IMG/VR virus record: IMGVR_UViG_3300021137_000001
Location: 124,001 to 188,000 of that record
Direction: 5' to 3' (one strand)
Length of the DNA: 64,000 nt
Of this stretch, positions 47,541 to 58,390 are shown piece after piece. Each line of letters starts with the position of its first letter. Positions within the stretch are counted from its first letter, which is position 1. Made by a program: the position numbers and the translations under genes. Below the pieces are notes generated by a model that was not told where the DNA came from, searched no databases, and saw nothing but the letters and a program-made list of their open reading frames with translations.

Positions 47541-50500
47541 ATGGCATTACCAAAGTGGATTACCCCCGCAGGACAATTAGGCATAGTACCAGAACTTGAG
47601 TACTATGAATATGTGCTGGATGCGTATGATGCATCTGGTGGTGCATTGGTTTACAGTAAGATTTCTGGACAACTTCCGTTAGGTATACAATTAATACCAA
47701 CCGGTAAACTACAAGGTATTCCAGTAAGTGAACTAGGTGGCGATCAAAATGTTACTTATACATTTACTATCAGAGTAAAGAATTCTGTAACAGGTGGATT
47801 GTCTGACAGAACATTTATTATTACAGTATCTAATGTTGCTCCTCCGATTATTATTCCACGTAACGTTGATCTTGGTTTATACTTTGATGGCACTGTAATT
47901 AATATACAGTTAGTCGCTGTCGAAGCAACACCGGGTGCAACATTAACATGGCGATTAAAGAATGGCGACTTACCAAGTGGGATATCAATATCTACTACCG
48001 GTTTGTTATATGGTTATATTAACCCAATTGTGCATCCAGGGCCAAGTAGTGAACCGGGATGGGATCAAACGCCATGGAATGAATTAGGATGGGATTTTTC
48101 AATAAATTCAATTAGTAAAACGTTTGACTTTACAATAGAAGTGTTTGATGGCGTAAATTACGATGCAACTCCATATACATTATTAGTTGTACCGCAAGAT
48201 GCACTCGAATCCGATTCAACAGGATTTACAGCAGATACAACAATATCATCGGGTCACGCACTTACCATTGATACAGGTGCACGACACGATCCAATTATAT
48301 TAACTACCCAGGCAGATTTAATGCCAGAAAGACAAGGCAGTTACTTTGCGTTTCAAATTCTTGCAGTTGATTTAAATGGCGATGTATTGCGCTATGTAAT
48401 ACCAACTGCTGCATCTGGTGCATTTGATGAACAGGTTACTCCGTCGATCAATCCATATATTACATCAACATTGGTAGGTGGCAATTTATATGTAGGTGTT
48501 AATTCAACTATCGATAACAGTCGAGCAGCATTGCTACCAAGCGATACTATTAAAGTATTAAGTTTAACTACGCCAGATGAATTAAACTGGTATGATGCAA
48601 CTGTAACTAATTTTATATCAATGAAGTTAACGGGCACTAAGATAATTACAGGCGTTGCTGGCAATTTTATTACACAGGCAATTGGACTAGCAAATGCAAC
48701 TGTGTCTAGTGTTAGTACTACGACAGGTAGTATTACAACAACAGGTAGTGTAGTTGCTGGTAGCTTATCATTGCATGGTAATACTAATGTAGGTACACTT
48801 GCAGTATCGGACCAATTAATTACTGCAAACGTGGGACAATTTATTACACAGTTTGGCAGTACTGCGAATGCTACTGTGCGAGCAAATGTTGTAAGCTCAT
48901 CTACTGTGCCAATCACATTAACTGCTGGTGCATTTACTAATGGTAGCGGTAATGTAAAAGTCAATGGTACTTTTATTAACGCATACCCTATCTCATCTGC
49001 ATATGATGATAGATTAATTACTGCCAACGTCGGCGATATCATAACACAAACAATCACTGGCGCAACTGCACGAATTACTGCAAATGTAGTAAATGTAGTT
49101 AGTGTCCCTGTTGTTTATACAGGCGGAATATTTACATTTGATAGTGGTAATATACAAATTAATGCAACAAGTATTGCAGTGTATCCAACTGCGTTCACTG
49201 GAACAACAATACCAGTTGGAGTTACTGCTAATGTCGGTGATATCATAACACAAACAAGCACAGGCGCAACCGCAACCGCAACAGCTAATGTTGTAACTGC
49301 ATCTGTTATTCCCGTAACATTTACATCAGGCATATTTTCAACAGTATCCGGTAATATTACAGTTGGCGCAACAAGTTTTGCTGCGCACCCAAGTCAGATT
49401 AATGCGCAAGCGACTGTTAGTGCAGTATATAACAACACAAATAGATTTGTGTTTAACTCAACTGATGTAAATGCAATTATATATATTAATGCTGTAAGTA
49501 CTGCCGCAACACCAACTTCAGTTGTTAGTGTCGGAGTTACGTTAGGTTTAAAATCTGCCGAAGGTACTATCGGATATGATGAATCTAAATTTGATCAAAC
49601 TGCATTGGAAATTGCAAATGGTATAACACTAGATTTAAATTCCGGATGGATGACAGGTCATTTACCATCACAAACAATCAATGAAGTTAATTACGATTTT
49701 GAAGTTGTTGTATATAAGAGAGATTACCCTGCTTATACATCAAGTCAACTATACACATTAACCGTACTGGGCGATTTAAATAATCGAATTGACTGGATAA
49801 CTCCAAGTGATTTAGGTACTATCGAAAATGGTAAAGTAAGCGATATATTTATAAATGCAGTTTCTACTATAGGTAAAACTTTAAATTATACATTAACTTC
49901 TGGAGCCGCTCAACGCTTGCCACAGGGATTAATGATTACGTCTACTGGATTATTATCTGGCAGAGTTAGTTTCGAATTGTTTAGTTTAGATCGTGGCACT
50001 ACTATAATTGATAGTAATGTACTAGGTGCAGCAACTACAACCTTTGATAATACATATACATTTAATGTTACTGCTAGCGATATTGCGCAGACTGTTAGTG
50101 CTGACCGCACATTTACTATTAGAGTAGTCGAACGTAATGTTACTCCATACGAAGATTTGTATCTTAAAGCATTACCAACAAGAGAACAACGTGCGCAATT
50201 TAGTGCAATTGTGAATAACACTGATATATTCCCACTAGATTTAATATACAGAAATGAAGATCCATTCTTTGGGCTTGCAACTGATATTAAATCATTATTC
50301 TTACCAGGATTAACTCCGAGTTTACTAGCAGATTATGCCGCCGCAGTAACAACTAACCATTATGATAAAAGAATTATAATGGGAGATGTAAAAACTGCGC
50401 AGGTATTAGACAGTAATTTTAATATTAAATATGAGGTTGTATATCTGGAAGTATTGGATGATAACACAAATGCTTACGGCCAAGGGCCAGCTAACGTTCA

Positions 50501-51548
50501 GCATCCACAAATTACTACACCATACTATGATGCTGATGGCAATACATATACAACTGCATATCCAAATGCATTTAGTAATATGCAAGATGTTATGATTTCT
50601 GCTATTGGATTTGCTAATAAAGGTGCATTACCGGACTGGATGACTAGCAGACAAGTTAACGGCAACATACTTGGATTTACTCGTGCTGTTGTACTTGCCT
50701 ATACAGTGCCGGGTGCAAGTAGTTTAATTGCTTATCGATATGCACAACAAAACTTTAATATGAATGAAATTGACTTTACAGTTGATCGTTATGAACTTGA
50801 TAATAGTTACACTGCAAATTATGATGTTACTGCAAAAGCATTTATTACCAGTAGAGAAACAACATTTGATCGCTACCCAGGTTTGGCTGGTGTATTTGCT
50901 CCAGTCGGAACAGTTGATTATGCAGTAAATATATCATTCGAAAGTATTAATAATCGTGCCGTATCGTCGATTATTGAACTCGGTGGATTAGATGGCATTA
51001 ATCACTTTAAAGATGGTGAAACATTAGTATTTGCTCAGCAAGAATTTAATCAAGGGCAGAACGATATTGGTGATTACAATCAAGGCTGGAATGATGTTAT
51101 TTCTATATGGGATGGATCAGAATGGGATTATGATAACGGAACAGTTCCAACAACAGATGATTTAGGTTGGGACGCATCAATTTATGTACCGGGCTATAAT
51201 GAACATAACTTTAACCCACTTGTTGCAAATGAGCGTATTGGCGTTTGGCAAATTAATATCGATTCTGCAGGTATAGTTACACTAACATTCATACAAGCAA
51301 TTGAAATATACAATAAACTATATGTAAGAAATGGTTATACACATGGTGGTACTAATATTTACTTTGATCCCATTGTTAAATCAGGCAATTTAATTCCTAG
51401 TTATAGTATTATACCAGAACAAGTTAAAACAATATCAACAGAATTCGACGGAAATGGTACACGCTTCTATAGCAATCGAGATAGTTATACCGTACCTGAA
51501 TCTAGAGATAAATATATAAAATTTAGTAAACTCGGAGTATTTAATTAA
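47541..51548 (+). CDS. Large virion structural protein (baseplate wedge-like, Ig-like repeats)
   Basis: P.WITPAG.LG, LP.G..L...G.L.G and Y.FT.R repeats. Confidence 0.75.
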   Translation: MALPKWITPAGQLGIVPELEYYEYVLDAYDASGGALVYSKISGQLPLGIQLIPTGKLQGIPVSELGGDQNVTYTFTIRVKNSVTGGLSDRTFIITVSNVAPPIIIPRNVDLGLYFDGTVINIQLVAVEATPGATLTWRLKNGDLPSGISISTTGLLYGYINPIVHPGPSSEPGWDQTPWNELGWDFSINSISKTFDFTIEVFDGVNYDATPYTLLVVPQDALESDSTGFTADTTISSGHALTIDTGARHDPIILTTQADLMPERQGSYFAFQILAVDLNGDVLRYVIPTAASGAFDEQVTPSINPYITSTLVGGNLYVGVNSTIDNSRAALLPSDTIKVLSLTTPDELNWYDATVTNFISMKLTGTKIITGVAGNFITQAIGLANATVSSVSTTTGSITTTGSVVAGSLSLHGNTNVGTLAVSDQLITANVGQFITQFGSTANATVRANVVSSSTVPITLTAGAFTNGSGNVKVNGTFINAYPISSAYDDRLITANVGDIITQTITGATARITANVVNVVSVPVVYTGGIFTFDSGNIQINATSIAVYPTAFTGTTIPVGVTANVGDIITQTSTGATATATANVVTASVIPVTFTSGIFSTVSGNITVGATSFAAHPSQINAQATVSAVYNNTNRFVFNSTDVNAIIYINAVSTAATPTSVVSVGVTLGLKSAEGTIGYDESKFDQTALEIANGITLDLNSGWMTGHLPSQTINEVNYDFEVVVYKRDYPAYTSSQLYTLTVLGDLNNRIDWITPSDLGTIENGKVSDIFINAVSTIGKTLNYTLTSGAAQRLPQGLMITSTGLLSGRVSFELFSLDRGTTIIDSNVLGAATTTFDNTYTFNVTASDIAQTVSADRTFTIRVVERNVTPYEDLYLKALPTREQRAQFSAIVNNTDIFPLDLIYRNEDPFFGLATDIKSLFLPGLTPSLLADYAAAVTTNHYDKRIIMGDVKTAQVLDSNFNIKYEVVYLEVLDDNTNAYGQGPANVQHPQITTPYYDADGNTYTTAYPNAFSNMQDVMISAIGFANKGALPDWMTSRQVNGNILGFTRAVVLAYTVPGASSLIAYRYAQQNFNMNEIDFTVDRYELDNSYTANYDVTAKAFITSRETTFDRYPGLAGVFAPVGTVDYAVNISFESINNRAVSSIIELGGLDGINHFKDGETLVFAQQEFNQGQNDIGDYNQGWNDVISIWDGSEWDYDNGTVPTTDDLGWDASIYVPGYNEHNFNPLVANERIGVWQINIDSAGIVTLTFIQAIEIYNKLYVRNGYTHGGTNIYFDPIVKSGNLIPSYSIIPEQVKTISTEFDGNGTRFYSNRDSYTVPESRDKYIKFSKLGVFN

Positions 51549-52481
51549 ATGTCATCAATTAACCCAAACAACATTAACGGTAGCTATCCAATTGCAGGTC
51601 AGGACAATGATTCGCAGGGATTTCGTGATAATTTCACTAATGTTAAAAACAATCTAACCTTTGCCAAGACAGAGATAGAAGATTTACAAAACAATGCTAT
51701 TTTAAAAACTGGACTAGCAGGTACTACACTAAACAACGAAATGAATAATGCGCAACTTAAAGGCGCACAATTATTAAAAACTGTTGAAACATTTAAAGAC
51801 TTAGGCGCACTAAGCACAGCTTCTATTAGTTGGGCAGATGGCCACTATCAAAAACTAACTACAAGTGGTGCAACTACAATCAGTGCAATTACAGATTGGC
51901 CAACTAGTGGATTATATGCTAAGTTAAGACTTGAAATTGCTGTGGTTACACCAGCAACTGATACCTTAACATTACCGAGTGCAGTTTCAGTTGGCTTATC
52001 AATTGTACAGGGTGCAGTTGGACAAACAATTACATTCTTACAAGCTGGCTCATATGTGTTTGAATTTACAAGTTATGATGCAGGTACAACAATTACTATT
52101 ACTGATTTATCACGTAATTCCGATAGCGTAGTTAATGACTTTACAATTTCGGGCAATTTAACAGTTGGCGGTGCTATTCAAACTGCTGGATATCAATATA
52201 GTGTTGGAACAACTGGCTTTAATGATACTGTTAACTCGGGTATTTCTCAAGTAATATACGACCCAGCTGGCACATTAGCTAATGGTACAATTACTTTACC
52301 GATTGGTAACGTTGACGCAAGAACAGTTACTATTTCAAGTACAGCAACTATTACAGCATTTCAAGTTAAACCAAGCATTGGTACAACATTGGCGCCAAGC
52401 GGTAATATTACATTAGCAGCAGGTACAGGTGTTTCATACTTCTATCACGCTGTAGAGTCTAAATGGTATAAAATAGGTTAA
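51549..52481 (+). CDS. Virion structural protein
   Basis: YPIAGQDNDSQGFRDNF N-terminus; beta-rich C-terminus. Confidence 0.7.
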   Translation: MSSINPNNINGSYPIAGQDNDSQGFRDNFTNVKNNLTFAKTEIEDLQNNAILKTGLAGTTLNNEMNNAQLKGAQLLKTVETFKDLGALSTASISWADGHYQKLTTSGATTISAITDWPTSGLYAKLRLEIAVVTPATDTLTLPSAVSVGLSIVQGAVGQTITFLQAGSYVFEFTSYDAGTTITITDLSRNSDSVVNDFTISGNLTVGGAIQTAGYQYSVGTTGFNDTVNSGISQVIYDPAGTLANGTITLPIGNVDARTVTISSTATITAFQVKPSIGTTLAPSGNITLAAGTGVSYFYHAVESKWYKIG

Positions 52482-52546
52482 TTTCAACCAAACCCATTGA
52501 CTCCTGTCAAGTATTAGTGTATTATTAATACTTACAGGAGTTTTCT

Positions 52547-52927
52547 ATGCAACCCACTTTCCCACATCCGTTTACAGAAGTACAGAAATTTTTAGAAGCA
52601 TTTGACCAAACAGTCGACTGCGATAATGACCACCAACGTGTATTATATGCAAAATTAATTTCAGAAGAGTTTGCTGAATTCTTACAGGCATATTTTGAAA
52701 AAGATAATATCGAACAACTCGATGCAGTATGCGATTTAGTTTGGGTATTAACTGGATATGCAATGTCACGTGGATGGGATATTTACGGTGCATTCGACGA
52801 AGTTGCTCGTTCAAACATGAGCAAACTTGACCCAGATACAGGCAAACCAATTAAACGCGAAGATGGCAAAGTATTAAAAGGTCGCGACTATTTTCCGCCT
52901 GACTTACATAAGTACCTAAACAAATAA
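52547..52927 (+). CDS. MazG-like (all-alpha) NTP pyrophosphatase
   Basis: EEFAE...LDA..DL..V...EVARSNMSK...REDGKVLK. Confidence 0.9.
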   Translation: MQPTFPHPFTEVQKFLEAFDQTVDCDNDHQRVLYAKLISEEFAEFLQAYFEKDNIEQLDAVCDLVWVLTGYAMSRGWDIYGAFDEVARSNMSKLDPDTGKPIKREDGKVLKGRDYFPPDLHKYLNK

Positions 52928-52945
52928 TGGCATTAGGAGAATAAG

Positions 52946-53182
52946 ATGCATCCACTAACACAAGACTTATCTACATTAACAGATGAAGAATTGCACACTA
53001 AGCGATCTGAATTAAGTAATCGTATGGTGTTTGCATATCGCATGGGTCATGCTGAAATGATCGGGCAGATACAATTAGTAATGGGCGATTATGAAGCAGA
53101 AGTACAACGTCGTAATTATAAAATGCTAGAAGATTTAGAAAAGAATAGCAAAACATTTAAGAACAAAATCGATATCAGCTAA
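52946..53182 (+). CDS. Hypothetical protein
   Basis: AGGAG RBS; MHPL..DLS.L. Confidence 0.75.
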   Translation: MHPLTQDLSTLTDEELHTKRSELSNRMVFAYRMGHAEMIGQIQLVMGDYEAEVQRRNYKMLEDLEKNSKTFKNKIDIS

Positions 53183-53694
53183 TGAAGTACGATGCTTACG
53201 GACAAGGGTATACAGACAGTAGCGAACTGTGTAATCTGTTGTACACCAATCCAGAAGTTGATATCTCGGCAATTAAAGTAATTGACCCTGCTGAATATAA
53301 TACAAGCATTGCAACGATGTTTGCGTCAATGCCATCGCTTAAACAGTATACAGAAGCAATTGGTAGTTTAGCGGAGTTTGATGTTAGTCAACAAGCAAAC
53401 TGGCACATGCCCGATGAATATAAGCAATTAGATATTGCAGAGTATATTTTGAGTTTATGTAAAGAAGATTATGAGTTACAACGTGTGGCACAAGAGTTAT
53501 TATTGTATCAAGAGCGTGATTTGTTTAACTTGTTGCGTTACTTAAAATATCTCGTTGATACATTGCGCAAGAATAAAGTAGTATGGGGAGTTGGCCGTGG
53601 TAGTAGTGTCGCATCATATGTTCTTTACCTTTTAAGTGTGCATCGCATCAATTCTATCTACTACGATTTAGATATTAAGGAATTTTTAAAATAA
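53182..53694 (+). CDS. DNA polymerase III alpha (DnaE)-like short subunit/fragment
   Basis: RV..EL..Y......L..L..LVD......V.WGVGRGSSVASYVLYLL.VH.I matches the DnaE GxGRGSxxGSLVxY region. Confidence 0.8.
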   Translation: MKYDAYGQGYTDSSELCNLLYTNPEVDISAIKVIDPAEYNTSIATMFASMPSLKQYTEAIGSLAEFDVSQQANWHMPDEYKQLDIAEYILSLCKEDYELQRVAQELLLYQERDLFNLLRYLKYLVDTLRKNKVVWGVGRGSSVASYVLYLLSVHRINSIYYDLDIKEFLK

Positions 53695-53730
53695 CACATA
53701 AGTTGATAAATAATTATACTGGAGAACAAT

Positions 53731-54429
53731 ATGTTTATAATCAACAAATATACTAAATGGTATAATGCAATTATCTACAAGGCTTTGCGTGATTTAAATA
53801 GAGGGGGATATACAGAAAAACATCACATCATTCCCAAATCACTTAGTGGCGATAATTCAACAGATAATTTAGTAAAACTTACAGCCCGAGAACATTTTAT
53901 ATGTCATTGGTTACTAACTAAAATGACAACAGGTGAAAATAAAGCTAAAATGGTTTGTGCGTTAAATAGAATGCGGTGTATAAATGGACAGCAACAAAGA
54001 TATCAGACTAAAATTACTAGTCGAGTCTTTGAACATATTAGAGAGTCGTTATCTAATAGAATGCGCGAATTAAATACAAATCGTGTCAGAGCTCCTATAA
54101 CCGAACAAGCTCGAAAAAATATGTCAAATGCGCAAAAGAGAAGAATAGTATCTGAAAATGCACGAAAAAATATGTCGTTAGCACAAGTTGGGAAAAAAAA
54201 GAGTCAAGAGACAAAAGAAAAAATAGCCAAGTCAAAATTAGGTAAAATATTCACCGACGAACATAAAGAAAATATGTCAAACGCACAAAAAGGAAGAATA
54301 ATGTCAACCGAACATAAAGAAAAATTGTCATTATCAAAAATAGGAAAAAAGAGAAAACCGTTTTCAGAAGAAACTAAGAAAAAAATGTCAGAATCAAGAT
54401 TGCTTGCTATGGCACAGAAAAGTAAATAA
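53731..54429 (+). CDS. HNH homing endonuclease with NUMOD3 repeats
   Basis: EKHHIIPKSL.G.N...NLV.LTAREHF.CH.LL; repeated S.E.K.K.S motifs. Confidence 0.9.
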   Translation: MFIINKYTKWYNAIIYKALRDLNRGGYTEKHHIIPKSLSGDNSTDNLVKLTAREHFICHWLLTKMTTGENKAKMVCALNRMRCINGQQQRYQTKITSRVFEHIRESLSNRMRELNTNRVRAPITEQARKNMSNAQKRRIVSENARKNMSLAQVGKKKSQETKEKIAKSKLGKIFTDEHKENMSNAQKGRIMSTEHKEKLSLSKIGKKRKPFSEETKKKMSESRLLAMAQKSK

Positions 54430-54454
54430 GTACACATATAATAGGAGAAAGACA

Positions 54455-54871
54455 ATGGCAACATACAGAACAGCAATGGGCAAGGCAATTGATATTGATA
54501 CAATTCGTGTTGCAAACGAAAATGTAATTGCAGTTGGTAACATGCGTACAAACGGACGTGGTGACGAATTAGGATCGGGTGGGCAAGTAGTAAAAACTCG
54601 TGCTCAACTAATGCAAGAATATCACAAATTAAATACACCAGTTGCAGCACACGATGATGTTGTGGCAACATCAATTGATACTCCAGCTAGACCAGTAACT
54701 AAACTTGCACAACCAACAGCTGATGACACACCGGTTGCTACATCAGCACCAACACCGGACTATGTTAAACCGCGTGGTAGTTTTGCAGGCGCAGTTGCTA
54801 CCGAAACTGAAGTTAAACAAGAGTTGTTAAATCCACTACCGGGTGTTACTCCTGGTGTTAAACGAATTTAA
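54455..54871 (+). CDS. Hypothetical phage protein
   Basis: AGGAG RBS before MATYRTAMGK; AVGNMRTNGRGDELG. Confidence 0.75.
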   Translation: MATYRTAMGKAIDIDTIRVANENVIAVGNMRTNGRGDELGSGGQVVKTRAQLMQEYHKLNTPVAAHDDVVATSIDTPARPVTKLAQPTADDTPVATSAPTPDYVKPRGSFAGAVATETEVKQELLNPLPGVTPGVKRI

Positions 54872-54879
54872 GGAATAAT

Positions 54880-55236
54880 ATGGCTGCATTTGAAGCACAC
54901 AAAGTAGAAAACATTAGGGCATTGCAAGACCATGTGCTAGTAACTGATATGAACTTTGATCAGAAGATTAGCTACGGTGGTATCATTATACAAAACACAG
55001 ACGGCAAGTTAGAAGGCATACATGCACGTTGGGGTCGAGTATATGCAGTTGGTACTAAGCAAACCGATGTTAAAGTTGGGCAATATGTTTTAGTTAAACA
55101 TGGTCGCTGGACACGTGGTATTGACATTGAAGATACAGCAGGCGAACATACGCTACGTAGAATTGATCACAAAGACATTTTGTTAGTTAGCGATGAACCA
55201 AGAACAGATGAAATTATGGCAAGGGGATCAACATAA
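54880..55236 (+). CDS. Divergent second co-chaperonin (GroES/gp31-like)
   Basis: ALQDHVLV...GGIII...G.VYAVG....VKVG..VL. Confidence 0.75.
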   Translation: MAAFEAHKVENIRALQDHVLVTDMNFDQKISYGGIIIQNTDGKLEGIHARWGRVYAVGTKQTDVKVGQYVLVKHGRWTRGIDIEDTAGEHTLRRIDHKDILLVSDEPRTDEIMARGST

Positions 55237-55418
55237 TGACACAACAATTACCAGACGCAAGAAAACATCAAATTATTAGTTTTGCCAAAAGTGCATTTCG
55301 GCTCTTGGCAGGCGGCTTCTTATGTGCTAATATATTAGTAAGTGCTGGGGTATTGTTTATCGTAGCAGAGCTATTAGGCATCTTAGAAGAATTAGTATAA
55401 TCAACAGAAAGGATTTAA

Positions 55419-56348
55419 ATGTCAGTCAAGCAACTTTGGGTAGAGAAATTTCGCCCAGCAGATATCGAGGGATATGTATTCCGTGATGAAACACAACGTG
55501 AACAAGTTAAGCAATGGATTAAGGAAGGTGCAATACCTCACTTACTATTCAGTGGTTCGGCTGGCATTGGTAAAACAACATTGGCAAAGATTCTTATCAC
55601 AGCGTTAAACATTGATGAGTATGATATTTTACAAATCAATGCGTCACGTGATAATGGTGTGGACTTTATTAGAACACGCATCGAAGGCTTTGTGAGTACA
55701 ATGCCATTTGGTAAGTTTAAAATTGTCCTGTTAGATGAAGCTGATTACTTATCACCGGGTGCGCAGGCAGTGTTGCGTGGACTTATGGAAACATACAGCG
55801 ATACAGCACGTTTTATTATGACCTGTAACTACCCACACAAAATTATCCCAGCGTTACATTCACGTTGTCAGGGTTTTCATATTGAGAAAGTTGACCATAC
55901 CGAGTTCACAGCACGTGCGGCAACTGTGTTGGTAACAGAAGGTGTGGATTTTGATTTGGATACCCTTGATACCTATGTTAAATCATCGTATCCAGACTTG
56001 CGTAAGTGTTTAAACTTATTACAAATGAATAGTACAGATAATATACTTAAAGCACCAAGCGAAACAGGTACAGGTACAAGTGATTACAAACTTGCAATGA
56101 TTGATTTGTTTAAGAATGGCAAGATTCGCGAAGCACGTAAACTGTTATGCGAACAAGCCCGCCCAGAAGAAATGGATGAAATTATCTCTTGGGCATATAA
56201 CAATCTGGAAATGTGGAGCAAAACTGATGAAGGGCAAGACGAAGCAATTTTAATTATTCGTAAAGCCGCAGTTAACGCACCGCTTGTTGCAGACCACGAG
56301 ATCAACTTAGCGGCAATGATGATTGAACTAGCACAGGTGACACAATAA
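55419..56348 (+). CDS. Clamp-loader AAA+ subunit (T4 gp44/RFC-like)
   Basis: LWVEKFRP, GSAGIGKTT, INAS, LDEADYL, SRC. Confidence 0.95.
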   Translation: MSVKQLWVEKFRPADIEGYVFRDETQREQVKQWIKEGAIPHLLFSGSAGIGKTTLAKILITALNIDEYDILQINASRDNGVDFIRTRIEGFVSTMPFGKFKIVLLDEADYLSPGAQAVLRGLMETYSDTARFIMTCNYPHKIIPALHSRCQGFHIEKVDHTEFTARAATVLVTEGVDFDLDTLDTYVKSSYPDLRKCLNLLQMNSTDNILKAPSETGTGTSDYKLAMIDLFKNGKIREARKLLCEQARPEEMDEIISWAYNNLEMWSKTDEGQDEAILIIRKAAVNAPLVADHEINLAAMMIELAQVTQ

Positions 56349-56647
56349 TGGCAGATTTAAGCATTTACTTAATTGCAAAGTACACAGGGCAACCTAAAGA
56401 TCCTAAGCAGACTCATAAAGCGGGTTATATGAAAGATCCTGCTAATATTGAATATGAAGAGCAAGTGTACATCACCCGCGGACTGAAGGATAAAGAACTC
56501 AAAAACCAAGTGATTTTGAACCTAACCGAAGCCAAAATCATCAAAAACACCTTCAAAAATGCCAATACTTTTGAGGAGCTATTCGTACACTATTATGACG
56601 GATATGCGGAATATATTGATGAAGCAGTCTCTTCTTTAAACGGTTAA
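56348..56647 (+). CDS. Hypothetical protein
   Basis: TAATG coupling to the clamp loader. Confidence 0.7.
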   Translation: MADLSIYLIAKYTGQPKDPKQTHKAGYMKDPANIEYEEQVYITRGLKDKELKNQVILNLTEAKIIKNTFKNANTFEELFVHYYDGYAEYIDEAVSSLNG

Positions 56648-56654
56648 TTAACAC

Positions 56655-56683
56655 TTGACAATCCTTATTAACTAGTGTATAAT
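56655..56683 (+). promoter_or_regulatory. Sigma70-type promoter
   Basis: TTGACA-N17-TATAAT. Confidence 0.85.
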
Positions 56684-56709
56684 AGCTTTATAGTTAATAA
56701 GGAAGTAAG

Positions 56710-56883
56710 ATGAAAAGAATACTAGACTGGTTTGCAAACTTGTTTGATACAAGATCAGAATCAACTAAACAACAAGACCTACGCGACTCAGCTCAAATTA
56801 AAGAACTTAGTAAAACATATCACGTTACAGTCGAAGGACGTGGTAAAGTATCTATTATTAAGAAAGGTAAAAATGAGTTATAA
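56710..56883 (+). CDS. Small hypothetical protein (57 aa, not in ORF track)
   Basis: AAGGA RBS; MKRILDWFANLF...KNEL. Confidence 0.6.
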   Translation: MKRILDWFANLFDTRSESTKQQDLRDSAQIKELSKTYHVTVEGRGKVSIIKKGKNEL

Positions 56884-57750
56884 CAACTTCCATCCCTTAC
56901 ATGATTTGTAAAGTCCAGCTGTAAGTTTCCATATCTCTGCATTGTGATATTTTTTAGTAAATGTGTCGGGATAATGTTTTATCAATGCTTGAATAGTACC
57001 TGTAAAGTTGCCGTGCTCATCATGCACAAAATTATATGTTTTTTCAACTCGATTCAGTCGAGCAATGCTTATATTTTTTTTATGCTCGAGTGAGAATGGA
57101 CCTTTCTTAAATGAGTCAGGATTGTTTATTTTTCGTTGCTTTTGTGAGATTGACATTTGCAATCTCATTTCAGTAGTCCATATCCGCGAACTATTTGATT
57201 TTTTAATTTGATCTTTTTGATAATCTGAAATTGGATGCATAATTTTACCGCGTCGCTTACTAGCACCTTGTTCAATGGAACTGCTAGATTGAGTTTTACC
57301 ATACATAGGATTGCCTTTGCCTTTGTTCCGTATACTTAAATTGATTTTTAATTTATCGGCTACTTCTTTACCATATAAATCTTCATAAGACTTACCTATA
57401 CGGGCAGCAGATAATTTTTTCTTTGTTTCAGTAGATACAATATGATGTTCGCCGCCTTTGGACATATTAGTTAGTATACCGCCATCATTAATTCTACCAT
57501 AAAATGCAATTAATTCTAATTCTTTTTTAATTGATTCTTCTTTATTAGTTGTTGTAACTACCACACTTATCAACGGAGTTAATCCTGTTGCTAATATTTC
57601 ATTAATCATTTTAGTCTTACTAATATTAATTATTTTCTTTTCATTTATGTGTTCGTATAATCTCTTATTAGTTGCTCTAGAGGTCCACCCAACATAAAAA
57701 CAAATTTTAGTTACAGGGTGAATTAATTCATATACAGAATAGGTTGACAT
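56878..57750 (-). CDS. GIY-YIG homing endonuclease with NUMOD3
   Basis: YSVYEL.......FYVG....KR..EH; YGR....GILTN...GG. Confidence 0.88.
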   Translation of the reverse strand: MSTYSVYELIHPVTKICFYVGWTSRATNKRLYEHINEKKIINISKTKMINEILATGLTPLISVVVTTTNKEESIKKELELIAFYGRINDGGILTNMSKGGEHHIVSTETKKKLSAARIGKSYEDLYGKEVADKLKINLSIRNKGKGNPMYGKTQSSSSIEQGASKRRGKIMHPISDYQKDQIKKSNSSRIWTTEMRLQMSISQKQRKINNPDSFKKGPFSLEHKKNISIARLNRVEKTYNFVHDEHGNFTGTIQALIKHYPDTFTKKYHNAEIWKLTAGLYKSCKGWKLL

Positions 57751-57778
57751 ATTGTTCCTTTGATGTTATTATTAATGT

Positions 57779-58390
57779 ATGACTACAAATAATATTTATG
57801 CAGGAAGGCGCTTGGTGTTGTCAGATGTGGATGGCGTACTTTTGGATTGGGAGTATGCATTTCACGTATGGATGCAAGAGCGTGGATATGTGCTTAAAGA
57901 AGATGCAAAACTTACATACTACATTCACTTAATGTATAATGATCTTGAGCATGACGAAAGTAAGAAGTTAGTGCGCTTGTTTAACGAAAGTGCGGCTATG
58001 GGCTTTGTACCCGCATTGCGTGATGCTGTGTACTATGTTAAACGTTTACATGAAGAATATGGATACGTGTTTCACTGTATCACAAGCATAAGCAAAGATG
58101 TTAATGCGCAGAAGTTACGTGCAATGAATCTTCATAAATTGTTTGGTGTGAATACATTTGAAGAGATTGTTTGCTTAGATACTGGTGCAGATAAGAATGA
58201 AGCACTTGAGAAGTACAGAGACAGTGAGTTGTATTGGATTGAAGATAAACCCGAGAATGCAGACTTAGGTCATGCAATTGGGTTGAAATCAATACTATTC
58301 GAACATGGACACAACATGCATCATGAGTGCCCATATCCTGTAGTTAAAAATTGGAAAGAAATCTTCGAGTTAATTACCCGTTTGGATTAG
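57779..58390 (+). CDS. HAD-superfamily 5'-nucleotidase-like phosphatase (start uncertain)
   Basis: DVDGVL, ITS, K and WIEDK motifs. Confidence 0.88.
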   Translation: MTTNNIYAGRRLVLSDVDGVLLDWEYAFHVWMQERGYVLKEDAKLTYYIHLMYNDLEHDESKKLVRLFNESAAMGFVPALRDAVYYVKRLHEEYGYVFHCITSISKDVNAQKLRAMNLHKLFGVNTFEEIVCLDTGADKNEALEKYRDSELYWIEDKPENADLGHAIGLKSILFEHGHNMHHECPYPVVKNWKEIFELITRLD

